Shown piece by piece: positions 11,665-23,493 of a DNA stretch of 64,000 nt. The notes beneath the pieces were generated by a model. The model saw nothing but the letters and a program-made list of their open reading frames with translations. It was not told the origin of the DNA and ran no database searches. Source of the stretch: Catajapyx aquilonaris. Taxonomy: Eukaryota. The position numbers and the translations under genes were made by a program. Location of the stretch: contig JYFJ02000248.1 of assembly GCA_000934665.2 (NCBI GenBank), positions 1 through 64,000 on the forward strand. Reading direction: 5' to 3'. Numbering within the stretch: position 1 is the stretch's first letter; each line of letters begins with the position of its first letter.

Positions 11665-11722
<58 letters not shown>

Positions 11723-12443
11723 TTCATGCCAAGCTGACTCCCACATATGCCGGAATTATTTTTTGTCCAATTTTTCAAATATTTTAAATGAACAATAACT
11801 AAAATAACTGCAGTGCATAAGTTAACTAAAATACCTAATATGAATAACTGAAATGAACAACTGAAATAACTACAATGAATAACTAAAAATGTTGCCTAAC
11901 ATTATTTGTAAAAGTGTCCCCCATCATATACATAGCCTACAGAATTCACAATACGTGACTCCACCCCATAAGCAAGTTGACTCATCACATACAGGTAGTA
12001 GTTACCATAGCTTTCACTTCTGTCTTCTCATCGTTGAACGAGGAAAATGGTAGGATATATAGTAACGCCCTGGTGGACTTTGTCCGGGTAGTGACTCATC
12101 ACCAACGTGCACGTAATACGACTTTCTCCCTGATAGTGGCAAGAGTGGGGAGAGGGAGAGCCTATGTGCCAACTAGCAGTGGCCTATAGTACTACGTCCA
12201 AGTTGGGGGGTGGGCCAAAATTTGGCAACGGGTCCGCTACTAGTATACTGTATATACATACACAGGACAGGTCAACTTGTTGAATACTATGCAATAAGAG
12301 CTTACCTGTCGATAGGTGTCCTCGATGGTTGGGATGTATGACTCCCTGAAGGTTCCCTTGACGAAGCGTAGGACCAGGGAGGACTTTCCGACCCCTCCTG
12401 CCCCGAAGACCACCACCCTGTAGTCATTGCTCTGCTCTGGCAT
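9065..12443 (-). CDS. DIRAS: Di-Ras small GTPase, 2 coding exons (12443-12306, 9526-9065), 199 aa
   Basis: [31 protein letters not shown], the Di-Ras-specific [22 protein letters not shown] and a CAAX box CVIM. Phase-0 GT-AG intron at 12305-9527. Confidence 0.95.
11382..11717 (+). mobile_element. tRNA-derived SINE in the Di-Ras intron (antisense to the gene)
   Basis: A-box-like TAGGTGAGGGG and B-box-like GGATCAAATCC. Central GTGGTTTCCC...GGCCACAGCCGCTTCCTTCC block resembling conserved invertebrate SINE core domains. (TAA)n tail at ~11667-11717. 9-bp TSD TAAAATTCA at 11373-11381 and 11718-11726. Confidence 0.85.
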
Positions 12444-13015
12444 GCTGGCGGTCACTCGCACCGCCGATGCTCCTCCCTGCTGCGGCTGGCTTCCCGATTC
12501 ACCAACTGGAATCAGAACCACAGACACGGGCTCCTTTTATTTTATGCAATCCATTCCCCGTTGCTTCGCAATTTTGCATATGCGCATTCCCTTTGAAAAC
12601 CCGCCCCCATCACCGCCAACCCACAGCCATCGCCGCGCCGCCGGACACCCAGATATAGACCATGGAAAAGAGAGAGAGACAGATAGATAGCGTGAAAAGA
12701 GAAATATAGAGAAGTGTATAGTAGACAGGAGGGAAATGCAAAAAACCGCAACTGATATTCTGGGGGCTGGAAATCTTTTTTTTTGCGAGATTACTGCGAA
12801 TATTCATTGCAGAAATGCGCATGTAACATTCAGTTGAGGGGATTTTGAAGGCTCAAATTGAGCGACTTTTTTTTACTCGAAATTAGTGAACTTTTTTGTA
12901 TTAGTTGGACAGAAACTTGTACTCAATATTTGTGTCAAATTTTCCCAAATAATCGTTTTCTTATTGATAGAATAAGTCCAAATAACAGCTTAAATTCTAA
13001 GGGGGGAATTTACGC

Positions 13016-13094
13016 CCCACTGCTAGTTACTACTAACTTAGCAGCACCAATGTTGGCACTGGTGCTGCTAAGTTAGCAGCAACTAGCAGGTGGG
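13016..13094. repeat. Short near-perfect hairpin (~34-bp arms), MITE-like
   Basis: CCCACTGCTAGTTACTACTAACTTAGCAGCACCA ... TGGTGCTGCTAAGTTAGCAGCAACTAGCAGGTGGG. Confidence 0.7.
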
Positions 13095-16000
13095 ACAAAA
13101 ATTCAACCCTCAATTATTTTGAATGGCTTTTTACTCGTTCCCCGCATGTATAGTTGTTTTGGGTGGAATTTTTCATTCAAATCACTCCCACAATGGGCAG
13201 CAGTATCAATCTTTAAAAATATTTTACTGGAAATATGCTGCAGTAAATATAGGCTGAAGTATAAATTACGTGAAAATTTACACCCCAAACGAGTAAGCGG
13301 AGAAAGAACTTAAAACCATTCAATTTGAGTCAAACTGGCCACTAAAACGTGTGAAAATCACTCAACCTGAATAGTTCAAATATAATTCAACACCTGTGGG
13401 CACTATTTCGCCCAAATTCTTTTTAGAGACCAGGCACACTGTAGGGGAAAAAAGTGGGGGAGTTAATTATGAATGTAGTTAAGGTCAACTATTCCTAGGG
13501 TGTAAATCGTTAGTTCGCCTCACTTCCAGGGGTGGTTCTAAATTAATATTGCATGAATTTTTGGCCTTACAGTGCGGCAGGATTATATCCCCCCGGTTGA
13601 TTCTTATTTTCACCCACCAAAAAAAAGGGGGGCCCAAGTATTTTGAATAGACACACTGTCCGTGGGTATACCTGGCATTGAAATGCAAAATGACATCATG
13701 GGGACATTTTTTTTTTGTATGTGAAGAGCATGATGTGCCAGTGGCATGCAGTGCAAGGCATGCGGCATGCAAGCCAAACAAGAGTACCCGGTATATTTTC
13801 AAGCATTTAACTGCCGTGCTCCGAAAAAGAATTTGTTTGGAGGAAATATTTTGGTCAAACAGGTCGCGTTTGCAGTATACACGCGCCTAGAATTGCATCA
13901 CATTCCGAATTCACTCAGAAATTGCTGGGCATAAAATCGAACTTTGTCCTTGCAACATTTTTTTTTCTTTACCTTGAAGATTTATACCCGAAATTGACCT
14001 CTTCGAGAGAGAAAAAAAATTGATCTGCACTGCGGTGAGAATATTTCAAGGCATAAAAATTCAGCGGGGGAAACACCCCGGTACATATCCTAAGAATGAC
14101 GAAGCAAGCCAACAGTCCCCCATGCAATTTCTGATTCAAAGCATATTCCGCAAAAGCCGTCGTTCGCTTTAAGCCCTTGCCCCAAAATCCGGCGCCCCGG
14201 AAAAGCAGGTCACAAGGCCAAACGGGTCCAAGCTGTCTAAAGCTACCCGGATGCAGCATCCAGCCAGCAAGCCCCGGATAACTTTGAAGGAAGAAAAAAA
14301 TAAGAAGAAGAAACCCAACGTGGAATACCCCCTGAAGGAAGATGCTGACAGGCTGGATTACTCAAAAGACTGACAGTAAATCCGGAATTAAGTTTCAGCC
14401 AATTTGTAATTATTTTCAGCAAAATACTGTCACATGATGTGAAAGCTCCAAAAATTAATATAAGGCATCTATTTTATGCTTAATATTAGTAGGTCAATTA
14501 CTGGGTAATATCAATAGCAAAATTGATATTACCCACAAAATGCCCTAGTTTGTAATATTCCTAAGGATTGGGACCTGATGTGATCATATTGTAATGAATT
14601 TTTTTTCCTTTTGGCAGTATGATATTTGCACAAATTTGTCCCCAAAAAATTTGAACAAGTAAAGATCAAATTTTGCTCCAAGCCACATTTTTTTTCAACA
14701 TTTTTTTTTTTTTTTTTGCGAATGAACTTGTTATATCCAGCACTGCACACTTCACTTGTAACACTGACCCGTGATGCCCTGAGGGGGTATGCAACCCTGG
14801 GGTGACTTGGTGTTTTTCGAGGGTTCCTTTTCCTCCAGCTGGTTCAGGACTGAACTTGAGCCTGGCCTGCCGACTTGACTACTAAAGCTTTTCCAGAGCG
14901 CCCAATCTCGCGCGGTAATAATGCGGAAACTTGGCAACGTGCCTTGTCCCTCGAGTGACGTCATGTGAGATCGATTCTGTTACGGGCTGGGAAGGAAAAG
15001 GACGTGGGTTTCGGGGGCGGTAATCATGGGGATGCTGCGTTGCCGGAATTGATTTATACCGGAGATGATCCGGGTCGGATCATTTTTGGGTGATAATTGG
15101 AAAGATTTGGCAACGTGTTAGGGAGATTTTTTAAAAAAAATATTCATGAGCGTCTCTTAAAAGGAAAAGAGTTAAGATTACACCATTAAACTTACACAGA
15201 AAAAATAGTATTGAGCCAATGGGATTGGAAAGGGGCCAAAATCGCATTTAGATACAAGTGGTTTCAAAAAAAAAAAAAACATGATGTCTCCGTTTTAAGC
15301 GCTCATTTCGGATTTCATGCAAAAAGTTAAAGCCTGGAGCAAAAAGGAGCCAAAATTTGCATGTAATTTATGGACAGCTTGCATGCAAGCTTTTATGTAA
15401 CAGTACGTCAAGTGATTCTGACAAATTTACCACTTGTAGGTGTCAAACAGACGCAATATTATATTTTTGTTAGATAATTTTGGTGCTAAGATGACATAAT
15501 CTTATGATTTTGCCAAGCAATTTTTTGCACTCATTTGCTTATAAGTTGCAGTTAGGGCACATGAAAACATTGAATACTCTCTTTTACTCGCAGAAGCTCA
15601 TTTTTTTACCAATTTGCATTGAATTGAATTTTCCTGGGAAAGTATATTCAATTTCTTTTGTGAGTTGTATAAAAATTATTTCCCTTAGGACTGAAGAAGT
15701 TTACAACTCATTTAATGTAATATTAATTTTCATGTGCTCCGTCGTAAGTAACCGGGTAATGCAAAAAAAATTATTATCTAAAACTTTCCATATAAGGCTC
15801 TTTTACACCAGGACAAAACAGGTGGTAAAATCTACTTGTCGCAAGTAGACTCACAACCATTTTAATAAGAAATCAGCGAGAGAAGAATAGTGCAGGTGCA
15901 TATGTGCAAGTGCTTGTGCATTAAAGCCACAAGTGCTGTTAGCTCCAAAAAGCCCAAGAGCTTTCGTCCTATTTAAAAAAAAACCCCTCCATGCACATCC

Positions 16001-16866
16001 GACATCATTTTTTTTATACAACCGTTCGCGAATTCCCGTAACTCTCTGCAGCAACAAACAAGTCTTAGTATATGCAGCAAGCATCGTTTTTGCCATGCCG
16101 TCGCATTAAAAAAATCAAAAGGCATCGAAAATATTCACAATGTCGATTATACCCGCGGAAATTCGCTGAAAACATTGACCAATCAAGTGGGTCACCACCT
16201 TTTTGCGGTTTCAACACCCGGATGAAAGATTACGCCGTATGAAGTGAGTATAGGGGAGGTGGGGGTTGAAATCGATGGAAAATCTGATGCCAACAAGGAT
16301 GTTAAACATTTACCACTTTACGTTGAACGCCGCCAATATATAGCGAGGCGGCAGATTCATTTCCGGGAAAACTGTTATCACACATTAAAAATATTCCCAA
16401 ACAAAAGTTGCTTGGGAGTGGGAAAGTGAATAAGATGGTGGGGGATCAATTATTATTGAAATGCAAGAAAATTAAGAAAATGGCTGTGGAAGGGAGGAAA
16501 AAAGATAGAGAGAAGAGAGAGAGAAAAGACGCAGGCAGGAAATTTCATTGACCTATACCCCCGAGGAGCTTACAGGGGATGCTCATTTTCTTCTTGAATA
16601 TTCCTTCTGGCTCCGTCGGACGACATCAGGCTCTCTCAAAGTCTTGGTCTTCATCCAGGAACGCATGCAAGAGGGATCAATTTCCTCAGCCACTTGGTAT
16701 CCTGATGCTGGGTCACTGCTCTTCGTTTAGCCCCAACCACCCCCCCATCCAGCACTATTATTATTATTTATTATAAATCTATATCATCACACTCCAGGGT
16801 CGGTTCTGGAGCCAATTATATAGAGGAACACTTAAGAAATTTGTTTTTTCTGCTCAGATTATCCTG

Positions 16867-17419
16867 GAGCGCAATTATTGCAAAGCGAAAATTCTGTTTG
16901 AAGGTGTAGGCTACGGTATTGCGTATTGTTCGGATACACGTATGTCGTCGTTAGTTTGTTAATTTTAATGCCATTATCAATTATTTAGCAGATGCCATAA
17001 AAATCACCGTGAATGCATGACATACACGCATGGAAATGCTCAAATTTTATTAGAGCGCAATTATTACAAAGCGATGTAAAATTCAGTTTGAAGGTGTAGA
17101 CTATACGGTATTGCGTATTGTTCGGATATACACGTATATGTCGTCGTTAGTTTACTCATTTTAATGTCATGTTCAATTTAGCGGACCATAAAAATCGCCG
17201 TTAATGTGACATACACGCATGAAAATGCCAACGATGCATATTTCATTCACTTTATTTTAAATGAGCTGCACTTGTACTATATGCATTCTATTTTAAAGTG
17301 ACCATTAACCTTAAAACACGCATGAAAATGCCAGCGATGCATATTTCATTCACTTTAATTTATATTAGCTGCACTTGTACTATGCATTCTATTTTAAAAG
17401 TGACCATTAACCTTAAAAC
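16867..17419. repeat. Two abutting degenerate tandem duplications (~186-bp and ~103-bp periods)
   Basis: GAGCGCAATTATT... begins at 16867 and 17053. ACACGCATGAAAATGCCA...ACCTTAAAAC begins at 17213 and 17316. Confidence 0.85.
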
Positions 17420-20400
17420 CGGGTTCAAGCCACTTCTCTTGTGCTATGACGTAATTCACTATACTGTAACTCCCTCATATTTTTTCCCATATCCATCAGA
17501 CATTATGTTTCACTGGTCAAAAGCACATGTCGACTCTGCTTCATTCACAGTCCCAAGTTCATGTACAAAATGCGGAAGGTGCATGTTGGGGGCGTGTGTG
17601 GGCGGTATGTGCATGTAAGTGTCTGGAGGGTACAATAAAATGTCAGAGGTACGGCCTCTCTCTAACTAACATTATATATAACACACATACGTGGGTGTGT
17701 GCGGGAAAGCCCTTTAGGCCCCTTTTGTATATAAATCTTCCTCCTGGATATACACGAACTATACGCCCTACAAGTATATAGCCCTTGTTAACATCGCAAT
17801 TTTTTTTTGCATCACCTAGAGTCATCACATTTTCCCCAGCAAGGCGTCTTCATCTTGGAGCAATTTCAGTTCCAGATAAGATTACTCCTGGAGAAGTATA
17901 GTGTTGGAATGGATATTTCGTCCTCTCCAACCTTCTACCAGGTGATCATCTAATTAGCAAGTCTCGTATTTCATTTTCCGCCCTTTTTATAGTTAACGCC
18001 TGTCCTTGGAGGCACATGGTTTTTTAGAAGCTTTAACCGTGAACTTCTGCTGTATGACGTCTCTGTGTACTTGAAATATGGAGAAGACCATTGCCAACAC
18101 AGTGTACGTTACATTTTCTCCCATTTTTTTGTATGGTCGCCATTTGGCTCCCATTCGAATGATGCAGTGCAGCCTTTTTTTTTGGATCATTCCACGCAAA
18201 ATGGCAGCCGTTAAAAAATTTAATAGTCGTCGGCCATGTTTGGCATCGAATTTTCCCCCAAGATGGAAACCCAGTCCCGGAGACGAAAATGCAGACCGCA
18301 TAATAATTGGCCTGATTGTCTGTGTCGCCTAGGCGTCAATTAAATTCCGCCCCATAATATCAGGACCCGGATTTCATACTCATTAAGGTAATGGGGCGCA
18401 CTACCGGCAGGCGGCAGTTTGTGGGGATAAACTGCGAAGCGAAACCTCAAAAGGGGATAAAACCGGGTGCAAAGACCCCTAGTTTGTAAAGGCATGGTAT
18501 TTGACAAGCTTTTGCCGGAAGCTTCTAAAAATATACCGCATACTTTGATTTGCCTTCAACAACACAAGGGACATGAAGTCCCAATTAAGCCTCAGCCCGT
18601 CAAAGTAATAAAAAAAAAGTGATCGACTAATAATACCTGCCTGGTTATTACCTGAATGGAAAATAATATATAATCTGGGCATATTGTGCTTAGTGTGGCG
18701 GGTAATTACGTTCCGACACTGTTCAAGCATGATTGTGCGTCAGTCATACGCGGTCCCTTTGCTTCTGGTGTTATTGAATTACATACTCCCACACAACCCC
18801 GAACGAGTACTGTGTGTGTGTACATTATTGGACTAAACGCATCGAGTGATTGAACAAGGTAAATGATAACTGGCGGAAGTCCTGGTTTATAATTAGAATT
18901 ACTGCGTGTCACATATACACAACCAACCCGCACATGTCTGGCATTTATTTTTTTTTGTCATTCAAAGTGCGTCAGCATGGGACATTAATATTTTATGCAC
19001 GTGTTGCAGTGCGTTTTCGCATTTCTGCGCAGAAATACTGTGCATGTATAAATGATGATGAGCTGTTTAAAACAGTTCAATGCAATTTTTAACGAATGCT
19101 TTCAGATAGTCCACTGATGTATGAAATGCAATTAAATCAATGCTCCACTGGTGCTCATAGTTCGTCAAATCACTGAGAGACACCCTGTATATAAAAGCCA
19201 CTTATACCAATCTGAGCGCAGAAGTCATCCAAGTGCCTCCTCATAGGAAACGACTCGCTCACACTCTTGATGAAAGCGAAATCAGGCTTGGTGAAGCCTC
19301 CCAACTAACTCTCAGATCCACTTTAATTCAGTCGGCAATTGATCTGTCAGAGCTGCTTAGCCATCAAGGGGAATGGCTGACACTTTCACCAGGGATGAAA
19401 ATCTGGCCTGTTTCTGTCTTTATACGAAGGAAAAGGCCTATAGTCAGTTGACAAGGATTGCCACCTGAAAAAAATAGGAATCGATATATGCTACTCTCTG
19501 ATGCTTGCTCCTTTTTGTACCAATCTATTTTTTTCCCCTCCTTCCGTAGAGTCCCATGAGTATCAAGAGTGCCACAGAGATTTATTCCGCCAGACAAATC
19601 CGTCCTGGGTTTTTCCGTCAGACTGGTAACTAGAATGAGATGAGTTCGTGACAACGTTCGAGGGAGTGTATATCAGGAGAAGAAGACCTCGGAGTCAACG
19701 ATAGCAGCTGGGGAATTCTGGAATAAGAGGCTGGGATATCTTCGCGAGACGAGAACGAGAGAGATACAAAAAAAAGAGGATGAAAGAAGAGACGTGGCTG
19801 GAATTTGGCTTCAGAAAGGGAGCTTCTTGACTGCTCCAAATTGACCGGGAAGTGAATTTTTGTCCTTGGAAAGATGTCCGAACCTGTGAGGATTCGGTGT
19901 AATGTGACAGCCACTTCAGCAATTGGATTCAGTTCTCGAAAAAAAAGAGAGGCTTTCGTGACATTTTCTGAATGGCACTAACCTATAAATTGGCAGTAAT
20001 ACGCAAAACCTTTGGGAAATATATGACAAAATTTGAACTGATATGTAACGTGCCAGTTTCATAATTTTGCTGTATCTGTGAATAAAATTGCATTGAACTA
20101 TTTCCGAAATTTCAGGGATTTGAACCTAATTAAGTGAAGGTCGACGATCTCTGAATAAAATTTATCTGCTTTCATGTTCATTAAATCTAATTCCATGAAA
20201 ATAATAATTGTGCCGCAATGAGTTATTTTTAGAGTGATTGCATCTAAGTATGTCTCATAAGGCAATATGTAACAAACTATTACATGAAACTGTAACGTTT
20301 CTCCAAAACTTGTGCTACAAAATCCACGCTACTTTCTCATCAAATCAAGCCCATGAATTGCATCGGAAACTGTATTGCCTGACTGTGTACAGTGCCCTGG

Positions 20401-21545
20401 CCCATATATTCAGTTCTGCTCATGATAGTTGGCATTCCCTAGGGTCTCATTAGAGGTTTGGTCACACGAGGCCATTGGCAAAAAAAAAACCTGTGGGTTA
20501 TTCGGAGCATTAAATCGATGACACACAAGGAATTCTGACACATGAAGCGTGACAAAGTTTAATGACTTGCAAACAATTATGTATATGAAGAGATGACAAA
20601 ATTGTGTTAATCTGCAGCAGGTTTTGCAGCCATTGCATTGGAGCAGCAGTGAATCAAAATGGCTCGCACTTTTTCATCTAAAGTCAGGTCATGGTCAATT
20701 CCAGTGTGGCCCATCCGCAGTATGACGAACAAGTATAAGTAAAACCCTGGTCTGCTGTGGTCGGGGAATGCACTAGGGGTAAAAAGCAAGGGCTGGATGG
20801 TCTAATGGCCGGTAATGGAATCGCCGGACGTGCTCACATGCAGCTCCTTCAATCTGTATCCATGGCGACTGCCTTGCTCTGCCCAGCCGATTCATTTAGG
20901 TCGCCTCTCAGGAGGAACCAAACCAACGAGGCCGGACTTTTCTCGGTCATTCGGGTTGTGCAGTTTCTCATGTTACGGCCGGGCCAAACACTTCTGGACC
21001 CTTCCAGCTCATAGATAATGCAACAGTTACAGTGTCGAGCATCCAAAAGAACATTGAAAATCAGTAGGGAAAATCTAGCTTTGTGTGCATATAGGAAGGA
21101 GTGAAACCAAGGTTCATGACTTCACCCTGGTAAATCATATCATTTCGACACATTTATATAGGGTTAAGTAGCATACTGCTGGGCACCAGAGATCACTTAT
21201 GTATAAGCGGCTTCATTACGTGGTAATGAGCTTCAACGGAAGGTATATAAAAATATCTGGACTCACCACGTTTCCCTTTGAATATTTAATTTACGTCTTA
21301 CCATAAAATTTTAATTGACACTGCAATTAAGGGCAGTTTAGGCCGTCCCGGCCTAAAACGGGGTGATACAAAAAAATTAAGGGCAGTCACTTAAGTGTCT
21401 TAGGCCGTTTTAGTTTAGATGGTATAATCCATTTAACTCATGCTCATTATCTCAGTAACGAATCGGTGAATATGTCAGTTCACTTTTACGAGAAGAAGCT
21501 TGAAATATCTATTATTATTCGATTTTATTGCAAGGTCTGAAAGTC

Positions 21546-21592
21546 AGCATAGAGGCCCTTAGGACACTTAATGTCCTAAGGGCCTATATGCT
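21546..21592. repeat. 47-bp hairpin (21-bp arms, 1 mismatch)
   Basis: AGCATAGAGGCCCTTAGGACA-cttaa-TGTCCTAAGGGCCTATATGCT. Confidence 0.8.
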
Positions 21593-21595
21593 AAG

Positions 21596-21761
21596 TGACG
21601 CATGTTAAAATCCGGACATCCTTTCACACGACAAAAATAGGTCACCTTAATAAGAAGGCGGCATATCCGGGGAATGACGTCTTCATTCCCCGGATATGCC
21701 TTCTTATTAAGGTGACCTATTTTTGTCGTGTGAAAGGATGTCCGGATTCTAACAGGTGTCA
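21596..21761. repeat. 166-bp near-perfect palindrome (MITE-like or collapsed TIR element)
   Basis: ~80-bp arms AATCCGGACATCCTTTCACACGACAAAAATAGGTCACCTTAATAAGAAGGC(GGC)ATATCCGGGGAATGA and their reverse complement, with a 5-nt loop. Confidence 0.9.
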
Positions 21762-23348
21762 TTCCTCACAATATAACCAGACCATCAGCCAATTTAGACA
21801 ACTCCTCCATGTCCAATAATAAATAACGTCTGTCGTTAATGCAACAACGGCAAGCGCCGTCCCACGTCAAATGTCTCTCGGTCTGACGTTTTTTTGTGTG
21901 ACAATCTTGTCAATCTGGATGCTCGTTTTGCCATCAGGACATCAGGAATCCCCGCCGCGTTTATTTTTACAGAGCGGTTTGCTAGCATTGCAAACAAGCG
22001 CCATAAATAGTATCCGTGGTTGTTATGGCGATGAAGAGCTCACTTTTTCCATCATAAAACTCATCCTCGTCAATGGAAAGGCTGGTCTGATAATTGTGAT
22101 GTCGACAATGACGTCTGATGCAAATTTGTGACCTCTGATCCCCTTGTGGGTTGCTACAGGATGTGTCGTCACCGGTTGCGACGACGTCAGAAACGGAGCA
22201 ACGCTCTCGATTTCGTAATCACGTGTAACTGCTGCCCACATTGGAGACAATATTAAATGATGCTTGGGCCAATTCGCTGTCGCTTGCTCCGATAATCACC
22301 TTGGAAAAAGCTATTTCTGGCATGAAATCATGGGGACTGGCTGATAAACGAGAAATGTAATCACAACGTAGGTAATTTTACCTCATCCTGACTTGTTTCA
22401 GATACTCGAAGCGTCGGTTACTTGATGTAACGTGATAGTGATATGTGTACTTGTAGTGTCACGTCGTCAGGTGTATAGTAGTTGACGCATGTGAGCATGC
22501 TGTAGGATACATGAACTTTGCTCAAGATAGTACCAGAAGAAATATTTGAAGAAAATTGTAATTAGTGTAATGTATGAATTTAATCCTTCAAAAAAGTGAC
22601 AATAATTCTAATTGATGTTACAATCATATCCGTCACGTACAGTTCACATGCAATGTTTCAAAAATATATAGAACATCAAAAATGTGAGCATCCAAAAACA
22701 TTAGTGCAGGGTGTGACAGACGACAACAATGATATTCTGAACTTCACAAGTGTTTGCCAGGTAAATGTGAATACATGCGTCATAAGGAAAAACTCGATAG
22801 CATCTCTCTTTTTTTGCCTTTTTGTAACTTTTCCCTGACTGCGCCACATCGAGGGCACCATTGTCTGCACTTGTTGGTTCTATACTTGTAGCCTACGACG
22901 AGAAAACACATTCAATGGCGGCTGCATGAAGAGTGCTTCAGCAGTTCCACAAAAGTTTGACCCGCGAAGAACTGCCCAGTTTTTATTTCCTCATGGGGAT
23001 GCGGATATGACACTGGTTGGCACAATAATGGCGAGCTGGGAAGTGTAGGAAGCCAAAATAAATTGGCACAAAACTCCCTGGGTTGCATATTTAATCCATA
23101 TTTTTCCTATTGGACATTATAACCGGCTAATAACGAGCTACGAATAGTATGAATTAATAGAAAAAATGGCATAAATTGGTAATTAACTAAAACGCGAACT
23201 ATTAATTGCAACAATTATCATGCGCTGTACACTGTCAAGGACTCACAATATCATACAATATAACCTGCAATTATCACTAACAAAATATATAGATCTTCTA
23301 TAATTAACCGCATGTGTATGATGGTGTACTTTTTTATTTGCACGTGAT

Positions 23349-23493
23349 ACTTTCAGAAAGGGACGTGACGTATGATGACGTTTCATAAAGCACCAATCAG
23401 AGACCTCCCTCTCCGCCCAATGAGCTTCAAGTATCCCATGCCTCTGATTGGTGGTTTATAACGTCATCATACGTCACATCCCTTTCTGAAAGT
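23349..23493. mobile_element. MITE-like element with ~54-bp TIRs
   Basis: ACTTTCAGAAAGGGACGTGACGTATGATGACGTT...ACCAATCAGAG pairs with CTCTGATTGGT...AACGTCATCATACGTCACATCCCTTTCTGAAAGT. No clear TSD. Confidence 0.75.

Noticed and set aside
21568..21819. Near-identical ORFs on both strands
   Set aside because: Artefact of the palindrome.
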